From Candidatus Woesearchaeota archaeon (lineage in GTDB: Archaea > Nanobdellota > Nanobdellia > Pacearchaeales > GW2011-AR1), in NCBI GenBank assembly GCA_964409005.1, contig CAYPBR010000001.1:18383-82382 (forward strand): DNA of 64,000 nucleotides, given 5' to 3'. Position 1 is the first letter of the stretch. The number at the start of each line of letters is the position of its first letter. Shown here in pieces: positions 19,467 to 30,845 of the stretch. The notes under the pieces were generated by a model. That model was given only the letters and a program-made list of their open reading frames with translations. It did not search any database and was not told the origin of the DNA. The translations under genes and the position numbers were made by a program.

Positions 19467-20715
19467 CCATTAGTCACATAGTAATCCATACGTTCATCCA
19501 TCATATCTTTTTCTACCCTTTGATATAAATTACTTATTGAATGATCTTCTGTAACTTTAGCAACTAATAAATTGTCTGGTAAAGAATACTTAACGAGCTG
19601 AACTACTTCTTTAAGTTGCCAAACTCCAAATAATTCAAGACCTTCAAATGGTAAAAAAGGTAATTGAATTTCTCTCGTAACAATATAATGCAGTTCCCAG
19701 TCTTCTCGATTAAATATACAACTCGGTATTACTATTTCTTTTTCTAAAGTAACATCATAATAATACATTTTTTTCTCCTTTTTAAAAATTTTAATAACTA
19801 CAATACTGTACTACATACAAACTAAACTTCTTTTCATCCCACATTCCCAAAGGACTTAATATATTTTTTATATCTTCTTTCATTTGTAGAGTGTTTGAAA
19901 TATCCATAAATCTTGATGGAGTACCGTCATCAGCTTTTACAAAATATCCTATAAAAGCTTCTCGTTGATCTGTAGACCATATTAATTCCAGAACCCCTAA
20001 TTTATCTTCTAAGTCAATTTCCACAACTTCTTTTTTTCTAACAACTTCACCACATATAGGACAAAAATTGGTATCAGGAAGTGTAGTATGTCTATGTACA
20101 AATTCAACAACCTCCTCCTTAAATAGTTTCCCAAGTGGTATTTGACAACCAATCACAGCATAAGAATAATAAGATACACTCATTTTTTTCTCCTTTCTAA
20201 AGGTCTATAACATTTATAGTTGATTTTATTTTAGGTACTATTGCTTCACCTTCAATTAATATTTTACCTTGAAATGCCTTCAAATCCATATTATGGCAGC
20301 GAAAACTTTTAACAAACTGTTTTAAATATTTTACACTATCCTTTTCTAAAGGTGTACCCCCGATCTCATCTTTTTCAACATCCAACCATTCATCCCTGTC
20401 ATCATAAATATTTAACTGAATAAACCCCTCATCACAAACTATTTCAAATATCATTTTTTTCTCCTCTTTATAAAAGTGCGTTCCAGTATCGCCATTACAG
20501 CATACCTCAATTACCATTCTTCTACTCCTTTAACACCGGCTTTTTCCAATGCCGTTTTAGAACAATCTTTTAACAAAGTTCTTTTCTTTTTAGTTTTTCT
20601 TATTGACCTCGGAGCTAACAACTCTCCAGTGATAAAATCCCTACGTCGCACTCCATCGTGATATTCTATTGATTTAGATTTCCCTGAATTCCTACCTACT
20701 GCTTTTTCTTTTTTC

Positions 20716-21225
20716 CTACTTTTTACTTTCATGTTTTATTACCTCCTTAGATAATTCGTCTGCTCCTTCAAATAAGTTTACTAACATAATAATAACTTCA
20801 CGTGAGTCTAAACACTCCAACCCTTTAAAATCTCTCATCAAATCCCTATGATTAATATAATTAATTAAATCGGTTATCTCGCTTTTAATATGTTCATTAA
20901 TATCACATGTTACACTATTCTCAAAGCTTATTTGAAAAGAATAGTTTCCATATTTTTTCAAACCAAATCTTCTTTTATCAGCGGTAAAATCTTGTATTCT
21001 TTTAGGTATTACATACTGGTTTTCTCTTTTTATTATAGCTTCTTCATAGATTGTTTCATAATCATGTAATTTCTTTTTTTCATCCATTTCGATTTCATGA
21101 TCTTCTTTAGTAAATTCAAATCCTATAATACTTTTTTTATCCTGCAAATCACTACGTAATGGATCAACCAAAAAAGCGCCATTACTAGTTCCTACACTTT
21201 TATTATCTACTTTATCTACTCCCAT
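20716..21225 (-). CDS. possible all-alpha NTP pyrophosphohydrolase-like protein
   Basis: RRFGLKKYG...EHIKSEITDLINY pattern; weak. Confidence 0.35.
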   Translation of the reverse strand: MGVDKVDNKSVGTSNGAFLVDPLRSDLQDKKSIIGFEFTKEDHEIEMDEKKKLHDYETIYEEAIIKRENQYVIPKRIQDFTADKRRFGLKKYGNYSFQISFENSVTCDINEHIKSEITDLINYINHRDLMRDFKGLECLDSREVIIMLVNLFEGADELSKEVIKHESKK

Positions 21226-22784
21226 ACTATTGCCTCCTTAAACCATTTTGGTAACATCTTTTTATTCATTCCATAAAACATTCTAAAGTTTTTATCAATA
21301 CAATATGTTTCACAATAATCTTCATCAGTTCTTACACTACGTCCATAAGACTGTACCAATTTTAATGCAGTTAACCAACCATAATAAGATTTATCAATAT
21401 CCATCCTTGCTTTTATTTGTTTATCACTAAGATCAGGATAAGGTACCTTCATAATAATCTGGAATCTACTTAAATCATCTTTTAAATCAAGTCCTTCATG
21501 AAACCCACTCGCAACTATGACGCTATTTTTTCTCGCACTATGTTTTTTTAAAAGATCACTTGTACTACTAAAGTCACCTTTAAATAACATTCGTTTAAGA
21601 GTCTTTGCATTACAATGATTTTTAATATAAAACACTATCTTATTAGTGTGAGTATGTATTATACCTCGATCATCAGAATGCATATCCAAATATTGTTCTA
21701 TAATTTTCGGTATCTTTTTTATCTCTTCTTTATATGTTTTCCATGTTAAATTAATTTGATCTGTGATATAAAATAATCTATTTTCTACAGGAAATAGAGA
21801 AGGCATCTCCATAAAACAGTACTCATCTTTTTTTATTCCAATATTTTTAGCAAAATTATCAGCATCTAAAATAGTCGCACTCATCATAAGAACATTATCA
21901 GCAAAATTAAATATTTGTGAGGTAAATGACCATACAAAAATTGGTTTGAATTTAATTTTTTGATATTCTCTTTCTTGAGTATATTCAAATACAAATTGTA
22001 TTCCCTGTTTTTTAACACGTTGAAAAATTGAAATTTTTTGAGCAAGTCTGTCAACCTTATCTTTAAATATTACTTGATCTATTGTCAATGATGCTCGACT
22101 ATCCAAGTCATTATATTTAGATAAAAGTTCTGTCTTATAACTTTCAACAAAAGTGTCATAATAGGTTATATCCGTAAAATCATTAGGTTTCGGAATTTCA
22201 CTATTAGTCAATAACCTATTATCAATAGTAAATGAAACAAAGTCCATAAACTTACTCTCTAAGTTATGAACCTCATCTATTATCATCAAAGGTCTTTTAG
22301 TAAAAAATATACCTTTCTGATAGTAAAATGAATCAAAGTTATGCACTGTTATGTCGGCTTTTTCTGCTTTATGCGCTTCTATTTTGTACGGACATTTACA
22401 TTCAGATTTCAATTCTTTATTATTAGTTTTCTCACATTCCCCAAGTGTGCATTTATCCCCATTTATTTTACAAATAAAATTACTCTTCCCTTTCATTACG
22501 AATAATTGACCTTCAAAATCTCTTGCATACTGATCTTGTAATAATTTTTGTATTGTAAGAATATGGGTTTTCTTACTCAATCGTTTATTCAAATCTGCTA
22601 AAGTCATAGCTATAGCTGATTTTCCACTTCCAGTTGGAGCTTCAAGAATTACATACTTATATTTTTTAAAGGCTTTAAGTATATCTTCTATCACTTCCTT
22701 TTGATTTTCCCTATATTCATTAAACGGAAAGGAATCATCAATTAACTTCTTCAAATCCACACTCACTACAGGTTTTATAGCCAT
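21216..22784 (-). CDS. DinG/XPD-family SF2 helicase
   Basis: EAPTGSGKS, IIDEVHN, MSATI, EGLDLKDDLSRFQII, QSYGRSVR. Confidence 0.92.
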   Translation of the reverse strand: MAIKPVVSVDLKKLIDDSFPFNEYRENQKEVIEDILKAFKKYKYVILEAPTGSGKSAIAMTLADLNKRLSKKTHILTIQKLLQDQYARDFEGQLFVMKGKSNFICKINGDKCTLGECEKTNNKELKSECKCPYKIEAHKAEKADITVHNFDSFYYQKGIFFTKRPLMIIDEVHNLESKFMDFVSFTIDNRLLTNSEIPKPNDFTDITYYDTFVESYKTELLSKYNDLDSRASLTIDQVIFKDKVDRLAQKISIFQRVKKQGIQFVFEYTQEREYQKIKFKPIFVWSFTSQIFNFADNVLMMSATILDADNFAKNIGIKKDEYCFMEMPSLFPVENRLFYITDQINLTWKTYKEEIKKIPKIIEQYLDMHSDDRGIIHTHTNKIVFYIKNHCNAKTLKRMLFKGDFSSTSDLLKKHSARKNSVIVASGFHEGLDLKDDLSRFQIIMKVPYPDLSDKQIKARMDIDKSYYGWLTALKLVQSYGRSVRTDEDYCETYCIDKNFRMFYGMNKKMLPKWFKEAIVWE

Positions 22785-23166
22785 TAGCCACCTCTCTAAG
22801 ATATTTATATGTATTACGACCTATTAAAATATTTATAACTCTTTCCCTAAATATTTTAGTATTATCAAATTTTTTATGACATAGATTGCAAGCACACCAA
22901 CCATTCTGTAAAATATATCTTGTTGCTATTATTTTGCGTGGTATAATATGAGCAACTCCATGCCCTTCCTTACCACACCATTCACATTTACAACCATTTT
23001 TAAGTCTTATCGCCATCGACCACCTGCGGGCTCGACGGTCTAATGCCAGTCTTTGCATTTTTTTGTACTTCTTTTGTAAGTGATGTTTCGGTTTCATGTA
23101 TAACTCCCTCATCGTCAAATACTCCTTCAAAATCTTCTCCAAGAAGTTCATCATCGCCACTTTCAA
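22738..23166 (-). CDS. NinG/HNH-like nuclease
   Basis: CEWCG, AHIIPR, NGWCACNLCH. Confidence 0.65.
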   Translation of the reverse strand: MKVAMMNFLEKILKEYLTMRELYMKPKHHLQKKYKKMQRLALDRRARRWSMAIRLKNGCKCEWCGKEGHGVAHIIPRKIIATRYILQNGWCACNLCHKKFDNTKIFRERVINILIGRNTYKYLREVANGYKTCSECGFEEVN

Positions 23167-23479
23167 CCATTACTATTCCAGTCTCTTCTATTTTTTCATC
23201 TAAAGTACTATCAATAAATGCATCTTCCGTATCAATCGGTTCTTCATCTTTTTCAATTCTCTGTTCATTCAAAGTAGGAACGCTTTTACCTTGATCTATA
23301 GCTTCAATAACAAGGCCCATTGTCTCTACCATTATCTTATTTAAATCTATATTTCTCCAAGATAAATCTTTAGCATTATAATGTATCCTATTTTTTTTCA
23401 TATCATCTAAAATGATTTTTGCATTTTTTACTGCTTCATAAGCATTATTCAACTTTTCATTTTCCATCTTTTTCGCTCC

Positions 23480-24034
23480 TTAGGCTATTTTATTACTTTT
23501 CTTTAAATTATCTTCCCACCATAAAGGTTGTAAATTACTATAATGAAAACATTTTCTTTGCTCTTTTAATTTAGTCAAATCAAATTCAGAGCATGGTATT
23601 ATATGATCAATATGCCATTCTCCATAATTTTCAAAAGTCATTCCCACTTGAAATTGAGATTCCAAATGAGATAAAAATTCCTCAATACTGCATCCTAATA
23701 GTTTTATTGTAAAAGCTGATTTATTTGTTCCCTTTAATGCTTGCCGTATTCTACTTCTCAAATTATTAATAATACGTCCCTGTAATGTCTGACTATATTG
23801 CTTATTGTTCCGCTTTTTATATTTCTTATATTTTTCAGATTGATAATATCGCTTTCTTATTTTTTTAAATTTTTCAGTTTGAGAATATTCCTTATAATAT
23901 TCATTCATACATTCTTTACACCAATTACAATATCCATCTCTTTGAAATTTATTTTTACTAAACTCTATTAAAGATTTTTCTTTACCGCATCCACTACATC
24001 TTTTTTCTTCTTTTACTATCAGTTTTATTCTCAT
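23480..24034 (-). CDS. HNH endonuclease with N-terminal Zn finger
   Basis: CSGC..CKEC; WHIDHIIP, NLQPLWWEDNLKKSN. Confidence 0.85.
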   Translation of the reverse strand: MRIKLIVKEEKRCSGCGKEKSLIEFSKNKFQRDGYCNWCKECMNEYYKEYSQTEKFKKIRKRYYQSEKYKKYKKRNNKQYSQTLQGRIINNLRSRIRQALKGTNKSAFTIKLLGCSIEEFLSHLESQFQVGMTFENYGEWHIDHIIPCSEFDLTKLKEQRKCFHYSNLQPLWWEDNLKKSNKIA

Positions 24035-26145
24035 ACTATTGCCTCTGTTTTTAGTTCTGTAAATCCCTCTTCGTTCATTTCAACTTCAATTATATATTCA
24101 AACGTACTTTGTAATTCTGTATGAGTTATAACAAATATTTGTGCAAATTCTTCTTTCATTAATTTTATCATATTAGCAAGTTCAACTCTTGAGTTATCAT
24201 CAAGAGCACCAAATATTTCATCAAGTATTACAAAATCAATTATCGAATTCATTCTCAATAATTTATATCTTGCTAACGATGTTCTTAAAGCAAAAGAAGT
24301 CAAATCCCACTCACCACCAGACAATCCATTAACCATTCTTTTGCCTTTATCATCTATTAAATAAATATCAATTACATCTGATATATTACCTTTTTGACCT
24401 TCCTTAGTTTTTTCAAATATAATTTCCTTATGAACTGCTCCCACTTCACTCATTACATTATTGGCGTGTTCTTCAAGTTCTTCTATACCAATTGAAATTA
24501 TTTCCATTTTACATTTTTCAAATATATCTTCAAGAACAGCTCTATCGGAAACTTTTCTACGTAATTCATTTTGAATTCTTTTAACTTCAGCAATTTTTTT
24601 CTTTAATTTTTTAACTCGTTCCAGCAATGTTTGTTTTTTTGATAACTCACTTATCTTTTCTTCTATTGATAAGTTATATAAACTAACTTTATTATTAATC
24701 ACTTTTTTTTCTTTATTTAGTTTTTCTAAAATAACTTTATCAACTCTTAATTCTCCTATTTTTGTCTTACTTATATTTACTAAATCAAGTTTATGTTTCC
24801 ACTCTTCTATTTGAGTTAAATAAGCATCCAAAAAATCTTGCTTACCCTTTAATGATATTGATAAAGTTTTAATTTTAATTTCTATTCTTTGCTGATCATT
24901 CCATTTTTTTATTTGAAGTTGCTTTACTCTTTTAATTTCAGCAATTTTACGCTGTTCTATTGTAATTGAATTACTTAAATCAATATTGCTTTCCTGCAAA
25001 TCCTTTATGATATTTTTAGCGAATTTAGTTTTAGCTTTCTTTATTTCACTTGACATTTTAGCTCCGCAAGTGGGACAAATATCAAAATTAAGATTTTCTA
25101 AAGCCGAAACAGCAAGTTGTATCTTAGCATTATTTACTTGTACATCAACTGTCTTTTTATCAACTACATCCTTTTTATTGTCTAATTTCTCCTGATTTTT
25201 TTCAGACCATTCTTTAACAGATGTCTTGATTAATAATTTCTTTGAATTTATATCTTTATTAATAAACATTATTTCTCTCAAATACTTATTTTTACTAACA
25301 ACTCCTTTTTCAATTTCATATTCAATATCTTGAATCTTATCTTTTACTACCTGAAGTTTTCTTTTATTTTCAATCGCTTTAGCGTTTTTATTAACTTCTT
25401 CTTTTATTTTTGTTTCTATTAAAATATTCTTTTTATTTAAGCTTTGTATACTTCTTTTTAACTCCTCAACTGAAACCTTTAGTTTTACAACAGTAGATTT
25501 AAGATCACTCTCGGTTGACATATCCTTTTGCTCTTCTAAAAGAGTATATAATCTGCCTTCATGTTGTATTAATTCAGTAGAGAATATATTTCTTTCTTTA
25601 GCTGATTTCTTTTTAGCATCATCAAAAATATATGACTTAAAAAACTTCTGCAAAAATTTAATTCTTTCCGATGATCCTGATTTTAATAATGTATCATGTT
25701 CTTTTTGTCTAAAGAAATAAGATGCTTTAAAATCTTCAGGAGTAATAGAAAAATATTTATTTATATATTGCTGTCCTTCACGTGTACCTGATGCAACTAT
25801 CTCTTTATTTAATTTTACTTCAACAGTACTGGAAGTAGCTTTGCTGTTTACTTTCTTTTTTAATATCCTAGTTATTTCTAATTTATTCTTTTTGTTGATA
25901 TGAATCATACTAACCTTAGTAAAATCTTGTCCTATTCGTATTACTTCAAAATCTGTTTTATATCTATGATTTCCAGTTACTGCAAAATGAATAGTTTCAC
26001 TTAATGAACTTTTACCTGTACCATTTGAATAACCTTTTTTATCTTTATAACTTCCAAGTATACATACAATATCAATCTTACTAAGATTATTAAGTTCAAT
26101 TTTCTTTATAGATAAAAAGTTTTCGATACATAGAGACTCAATCAT
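24031..26145 (-). CDS. sbcC: SbcC/Rad50-like ATPase
   Basis: NGTGKS Walker A, coiled coil with CPTC hook, LSGGE signature, ILDEIFGALD, ITH. Confidence 0.93.
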   Translation of the reverse strand: MIESLCIENFLSIKKIELNNLSKIDIVCILGSYKDKKGYSNGTGKSSLSETIHFAVTGNHRYKTDFEVIRIGQDFTKVSMIHINKKNKLEITRILKKKVNSKATSSTVEVKLNKEIVASGTREGQQYINKYFSITPEDFKASYFFRQKEHDTLLKSGSSERIKFLQKFFKSYIFDDAKKKSAKERNIFSTELIQHEGRLYTLLEEQKDMSTESDLKSTVVKLKVSVEELKRSIQSLNKKNILIETKIKEEVNKNAKAIENKRKLQVVKDKIQDIEYEIEKGVVSKNKYLREIMFINKDINSKKLLIKTSVKEWSEKNQEKLDNKKDVVDKKTVDVQVNNAKIQLAVSALENLNFDICPTCGAKMSSEIKKAKTKFAKNIIKDLQESNIDLSNSITIEQRKIAEIKRVKQLQIKKWNDQQRIEIKIKTLSISLKGKQDFLDAYLTQIEEWKHKLDLVNISKTKIGELRVDKVILEKLNKEKKVINNKVSLYNLSIEEKISELSKKQTLLERVKKLKKKIAEVKRIQNELRRKVSDRAVLEDIFEKCKMEIISIGIEELEEHANNVMSEVGAVHKEIIFEKTKEGQKGNISDVIDIYLIDDKGKRMVNGLSGGEWDLTSFALRTSLARYKLLRMNSIIDFVILDEIFGALDDNSRVELANMIKLMKEEFAQIFVITHTELQSTFEYIIEVEMNEEGFTELKTEAIV

Positions 26146-27244
26146 TTACGTCCTCCAAAATTGTTTTTCCTAAGCTCATAATTCTTTTTCTACTTTCAAC
26201 TTTTTTAACCATTTTATTTATATTTCGTATAAATATTTTATTAGGTGTCATTGATAAAGTTTTACTATCGGAATTTTCCAGCTCTTCTATATTTTCCTTT
26301 ACCGTACGTACTTCATAATCCATAACCCTCGCGTTAACTTGTTCAAATTTATCCGATATATCCCTTGCACTAATTTTATATCTATTTTTCTTATTAGCTG
26401 TTACTCTTATATATACTAAAAAGTTTTTATACTTTTTTAACTTTGCAATTGGTAGTGAAAATGTATCTTTACTATGTAAATCAATATTTATAAGTGCCAT
26501 TTGTTGACAATGTAAAGGTATGCTTTCAAGATTCTGAGTTTCAGTATCATATATCACAAATCTTTTTATCTCTTTTCTTTCAGCTAATGAATGTCTAACA
26601 GGACTCCCAGGAATAATAACTCTTCCAATGTCCTGCGCTTTGTGTACATGACCGCATATTACAAGTGAATTCTTAAATATAGAACAGTCAATATATCTTG
26701 TACTTCCAGCAAACATTTCCTGCTCTGCTCCAGGCACAGAAGTTGTAGGTTGAAAATGTCCTATAATAATAGGCTTACTTATTTTATATTTAGATATTTC
26801 ACTTTTTACATATTCAGTATAGTTTTTAAAATCTTTATATATTTCTTTTTTAATATGCGGAACAAAAATTATACCTGCTTCTTCAAACAATTGTATTCTA
26901 TCAGTTACATAAATGCTTTTATCATGTAGCTTTCCTAATATATTAGTTAAGGCCGTACCTGATTCTTTTGTTTCGTGATTGCCGGAAATAACAGCTACTT
27001 TAATATTTTTTAAATGGAACCGCCTAAATGCATTAACTACTTTAATAAAGTAATAAGCCGACACAACGCTTTTATCAAATAAATCTCCGGCAACTACAAA
27101 CCATTCAACTTTACGTTTACAACATTCATCAAGCATCGTTGTTATCTGCTTATCTAAATCGAGTTCTCTATTAGGAATTCCGTCAATCAAGTATGTTTTA
27201 TTCATATAATCCAAATGCCAATCTGCACTTATGGCTATTTTCAT
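26138..27244 (-). CDS. sbcD: SbcD/Mre11-like nuclease
   Basis: ADWH, AGDLFD, GNHE, GHVH metallophosphoesterase motifs. Confidence 0.93.
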   Translation of the reverse strand: MKIAISADWHLDYMNKTYLIDGIPNRELDLDKQITTMLDECCKRKVEWFVVAGDLFDKSVVSAYYFIKVVNAFRRFHLKNIKVAVISGNHETKESGTALTNILGKLHDKSIYVTDRIQLFEEAGIIFVPHIKKEIYKDFKNYTEYVKSEISKYKISKPIIIGHFQPTTSVPGAEQEMFAGSTRYIDCSIFKNSLVICGHVHKAQDIGRVIIPGSPVRHSLAERKEIKRFVIYDTETQNLESIPLHCQQMALINIDLHSKDTFSLPIAKLKKYKNFLVYIRVTANKKNRYKISARDISDKFEQVNARVMDYEVRTVKENIEELENSDSKTLSMTPNKIFIRNINKMVKKVESRKRIMSLGKTILEDVND

Positions 27245-27421
27245 TCTTTTATCCCTCCTACAAAATATATATAGAGTTCCCTCTAATTACTATCTCTTGC
27301 CATTCCAACTTTTTACCGGTTCCCTTACATTGTTCACATTTATTAGAATAACTATAAGGTATTACTCTAATACCTTTACCTTTGCAAAATTCACATTCAT
27401 CATCAGTTTGCAATAGTATTT

Positions 27422-28378
27422 TCATTGTTTTAACAATTCCTTTATTTTTTTTACAAATACTTTATCAGTATCTAATCTCTTTGAAAAGGTAGAAAAATTA
27501 ATTTGTTTCATTCCCTTAATAGTTACTGTTTTGCTTGTTTTTATAGCTAATTCTTTTTCAACTAATACTTGAATCACATCTCGCTTTTTGTCAACTCCAA
27601 CACTATAAATTATAGGGATTGTAGTTTTTTGATAAGGTGGGAAAATTCTATTCTTAATGGTTTTGGCTGTAATATGTTTACCACGCTCAATTTTATTTTC
27701 AACCATTTTTCCTTTTCTCGGATCGCGAATTTCTATTCGTACATCAGCCCAAAACTTAAGCGCCTTCCCTCCCGGTTGAACTTCAGGATTGCCAAAAACT
27801 ACACCTATTTTATATCTTATTTGATTTGTAAATATTACTGCAGTAGGTGTCTTCATTTTTATTTTTGATGTTAGTTTCCGCAACCCTTTACCCATAAGCC
27901 TTGCATGTACACCCATTAAATCTTGATCCATTTCAGCCTCAATTTCAGCTAAAGGAGTCATACTTGCAACTGAATCAATAACAACTAAATCAACATTATG
28001 ATCAACTGCCCAAAATATCATTTCAAATGCTTCTTCACCAGTCCCCGGTTGACTAAATAATAAATCTTCAAAATTAACTCCTATATTTTTTGCATATTCA
28101 ATATTTAATGCATGTTCAGCATCTACAAACATCACTTTACCTTTTTGCCTTTGACACGAAGCTATCGCTTCCAATCCTAAAGTAGTTTTTCCGGAACCTT
28201 CCATCCCATATATTTCATATATTCTACCACGCACCACTCCAATTTCAGTATTGCCTGTAACTATTCTATTTAAAGCCCTTGAGCCTAAAGAAATATTACT
28301 GTTCTTTAGGCTATAAGCTTTAACTTGATTCCAATCAATAACTGATTCCCCAAAAGATGCTTTAAATTGATCTATCAT
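27422..28378 (-). CDS. recA: RecA recombinase
   Basis: EIYGMEGSGKTT, DAEHAL, VIDSVA, NQIR, PGGKALKF. Confidence 0.97.
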   Translation of the reverse strand: MIDQFKASFGESVIDWNQVKAYSLKNSNISLGSRALNRIVTGNTEIGVVRGRIYEIYGMEGSGKTTLGLEAIASCQRQKGKVMFVDAEHALNIEYAKNIGVNFEDLLFSQPGTGEEAFEMIFWAVDHNVDLVVIDSVASMTPLAEIEAEMDQDLMGVHARLMGKGLRKLTSKIKMKTPTAVIFTNQIRYKIGVVFGNPEVQPGGKALKFWADVRIEIRDPRKGKMVENKIERGKHITAKTIKNRIFPPYQKTTIPIIYSVGVDKKRDVIQVLVEKELAIKTSKTVTIKGMKQINFSTFSKRLDTDKVFVKKIKELLKQ

Positions 28379-29290
28379 TTAAAATGGTATCTCATCATCA
28401 TCCAAGATTTCAGCATCTTTAGTGCTGATTGTATTTTTCTTCTTTACTGTTGTTGTTTTCTTCCCAGTTTTCTTTTTAGATGCGGAGCTTTGTTTTGGTT
28501 CCAACTCTTGCTCTTCATATTCACCTTCACTTTCAGTTTCATCTTCACCGTTATAAAGAGCAACTACCTTTTCCAAATCATCTGTAAAATCAAATTCCTT
28601 TGAAGTTTCAGGTATGTCATCTTCGGCAATTTCAAATTCAATAACTTTCTTCATTGGTGTTATTGATTTAAGTTCAGAATACAACTTTTCACCTTCTTTC
28701 CCTTTAAGAAAATCAAGAGGCCTATTAACTAAATCCTCTCCACTGGAAATAAAATCATAAGGATAATCACCAGTTTCCTCATCGATTTCAATTAGTTTAA
28801 AAACTTTTTTCAATTGTGAATGTGTTAGTGAAAGTTTTCCAACTTGAATCGATTCAAGATCAGGTACATACCTTTTCATCGGTTTGCCAGTTTTCTTGTT
28901 TTTTCCTTGTTTTAACTTATTACCTAACTTTATAGCTTTAAAGACAGCGCCATAATTTGCTCTCAATTTATTGCCTCTTTCATTATATTCCTTTACAACT
29001 GCTTTATCGCCATCTGTTTTTGCTTCTTTTTTAATATCATATTGATCTTTAGCAAGAGAACAAAGATCACATTCTTCAACAGCCCACCCCTTCCCTTCAA
29101 GTCCGCCTGCACAAACTCTACGAAGTGTTTTTTCGCCAATAGGAACCCAGTGAATAAATCCTTGCTCAAAATCTTCTTCAAGAAAAATGATCCAATTATG
29201 ACCATCTTCAATCTTAATAATATCTCCTCTTGAACTATCTACTGCTGATTCCGCTTCTTGTCTATCTTCTTCTTTTGACAACTTTGCCAT
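28379..29290 (-). CDS. single-stranded DNA-binding protein (phage type)
   Basis: next to recA; His/Cys cluster; acidic tail ending DDDEIPF. Confidence 0.7.
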   Translation of the reverse strand: MAKLSKEEDRQEAESAVDSSRGDIIKIEDGHNWIIFLEEDFEQGFIHWVPIGEKTLRRVCAGGLEGKGWAVEECDLCSLAKDQYDIKKEAKTDGDKAVVKEYNERGNKLRANYGAVFKAIKLGNKLKQGKNKKTGKPMKRYVPDLESIQVGKLSLTHSQLKKVFKLIEIDEETGDYPYDFISSGEDLVNRPLDFLKGKEGEKLYSELKSITPMKKVIEFEIAEDDIPETSKEFDFTDDLEKVVALYNGEDETESEGEYEEQELEPKQSSASKKKTGKKTTTVKKKNTISTKDAEILDDDEIPF

Positions 29291-29304
29291 TTTTTTTCTC
29301 CTTG

Positions 29305-29844
29305 TTATTTTTTAGCACTTAAAGAAGTACTTTGTTTTTTTTCTGTTATAATAGGGTTTTCTTCTTCAAACATTTTTTCTTCTCTATTAATTTTTGCTTT
29401 AATCGACCGCATTAATTCAGATTGTATTTCAAAGGCTTTCATTACTCTTTTTACTTTTTCAAGCGCACTACTAACCTGTCGCATTTTTTTTCTTTTTATA
29501 TTATATTCTTCAACATTATCTAAAATTGCTTTTTCTTCAACTTTACCTTCAGTAGCTTTTGCATCCAACCCTTTTCTTGATACACTTTTTATTCGTCTGA
29601 TGAACATAGAATATTCATCATTTAATAACTCTGAATAGGTTAACAAGTCACCCCTCACAACTCCCCATCTCGCATACTTAGATGCACATTGAGCCATTTT
29701 AGACATTAAATCTGCTGGTAGTGCTTGATTAACTAAAAGCTGTTCGCTTATTCTAACCTTTAGTCCACCGCCATCCGGCATAACAATTTTTATCAAATCA
29801 AAATCAACATCAAAATCTTTTAACTTTATTTTTTTAACTGGCAT
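29305..29844 (-). CDS. possible UvsY-like recombination mediator
   Basis: helical coiled-coil protein directly upstream of SSB and RecA; call by context only. Confidence 0.4.
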   Translation of the reverse strand: MPVKKIKLKDFDVDFDLIKIVMPDGGGLKVRISEQLLVNQALPADLMSKMAQCASKYARWGVVRGDLLTYSELLNDEYSMFIRRIKSVSRKGLDAKATEGKVEEKAILDNVEEYNIKRKKMRQVSSALEKVKRVMKAFEIQSELMRSIKAKINREEKMFEEENPIITEKKQSTSLSAKK

Positions 29845-30180
29845 ATACTGTCTCCGGTTTTAGTGTCCATAAAGGCAGTAAATCTTGTTTAACTATTTGT
29901 TTCATTTCCTTATCAAAGGATTTTAAGTTTGTTAATACAGAATGTTTTCCACCACTGTAGCCTGAAATAACAACTCCTTTTCTAATACGCATTCCAAGTT
30001 TTTTAATACAGTCTTCAGGATGACAATAAACAAACAATAAATTATTCAATGTTTCACTCTTTCCATTAAACAATAATATAATTGTCAAGTCACCACCATA
30101 ATCTTTATAAATCTTTCCATGCGGTGACTTGACATATCCTTTGCAACACATAACTCTATATGCAGATTCACTCTTGCACT

Positions 30181-30762
30181 TTAGAAGTCTTCGTCCAATA
30201 GTTCCTCGTCCGACTTCTCTTGGTAATCCTCGTCCTGTTGCTCCTCTTCTTCCACGAACTCCTCGTCGAGCTCCTCGTCCGCAAACTCTTCTTTGCCCGG
30301 CTTTACTTTCGGCTTTGCTTTCGGCTTTGCTTTTGGCTTTACTACTGCTGTCTTTTTTTTTACGACCGGCTTTGCTTTCGGCTTTGTTTTTGACTTTACT
30401 ACTGCTGTCTTTTTTTTTACGACCGGCTTCTTTACAACAGACTTCTTTGTAGTAGAACCGCGAACAGTACCATATCCCTCTTTGACAGCCATTTTTGCAA
30501 CAACCTGAGCTGCTGAACTACAACCAAGTTCCTTTAATTTAGCAGTAGCCTTCTTCCGGTTACCATCTGTCTTTGTAAGTACCTCTCTTGCAACCTGTGA
30601 ATAGCTTTTACCACCGGCAACATTAGCAGAAGGTCTATATCCAGGATTCTTCTTGGTTACAGACTTCTTTTTTGCAACAGGATTTTTTGCCGTTGTTTTC
30701 TTTGCAACGGGCTTTTTTGTCGCTGTTTTCTTTTTCTTTACAACCATTTTCTTCTTCGCCAT
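30181..30762 (-). CDS. histone H1-like Lys-rich protein with acidic tail
   Basis: repeated KKPVV/AKK and KPKA; Glu/Asp-rich C-terminus. Confidence 0.7.
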   Translation of the reverse strand: MAKKKMVVKKKKTATKKPVAKKTTAKNPVAKKKSVTKKNPGYRPSANVAGGKSYSQVAREVLTKTDGNRKKATAKLKELGCSSAAQVVAKMAVKEGYGTVRGSTTKKSVVKKPVVKKKTAVVKSKTKPKAKPVVKKKTAVVKPKAKPKAKPKVKPGKEEFADEELDEEFVEEEEQQDEDYQEKSDEELLDEDF

Positions 30763-30805
30763 CTGCTTTCTCCTTCATAAATTTTTATTTATATACTATA
30801 TACTA

Positions 30806-30837
30806 TATATAAACCCATGAAAATGTAAATCGTCCAC
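30806..30837 (-). promoter_or_regulatory. promoter-like motif class B (GTGGACR...TGGGTTTAT), copy 1
   Basis: matches copies at 44923-44954 and 52581-52613; intergenic, upstream of the H1-like gene. Confidence 0.6.
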
Positions 30838-30845
30838 TCTTTTTT

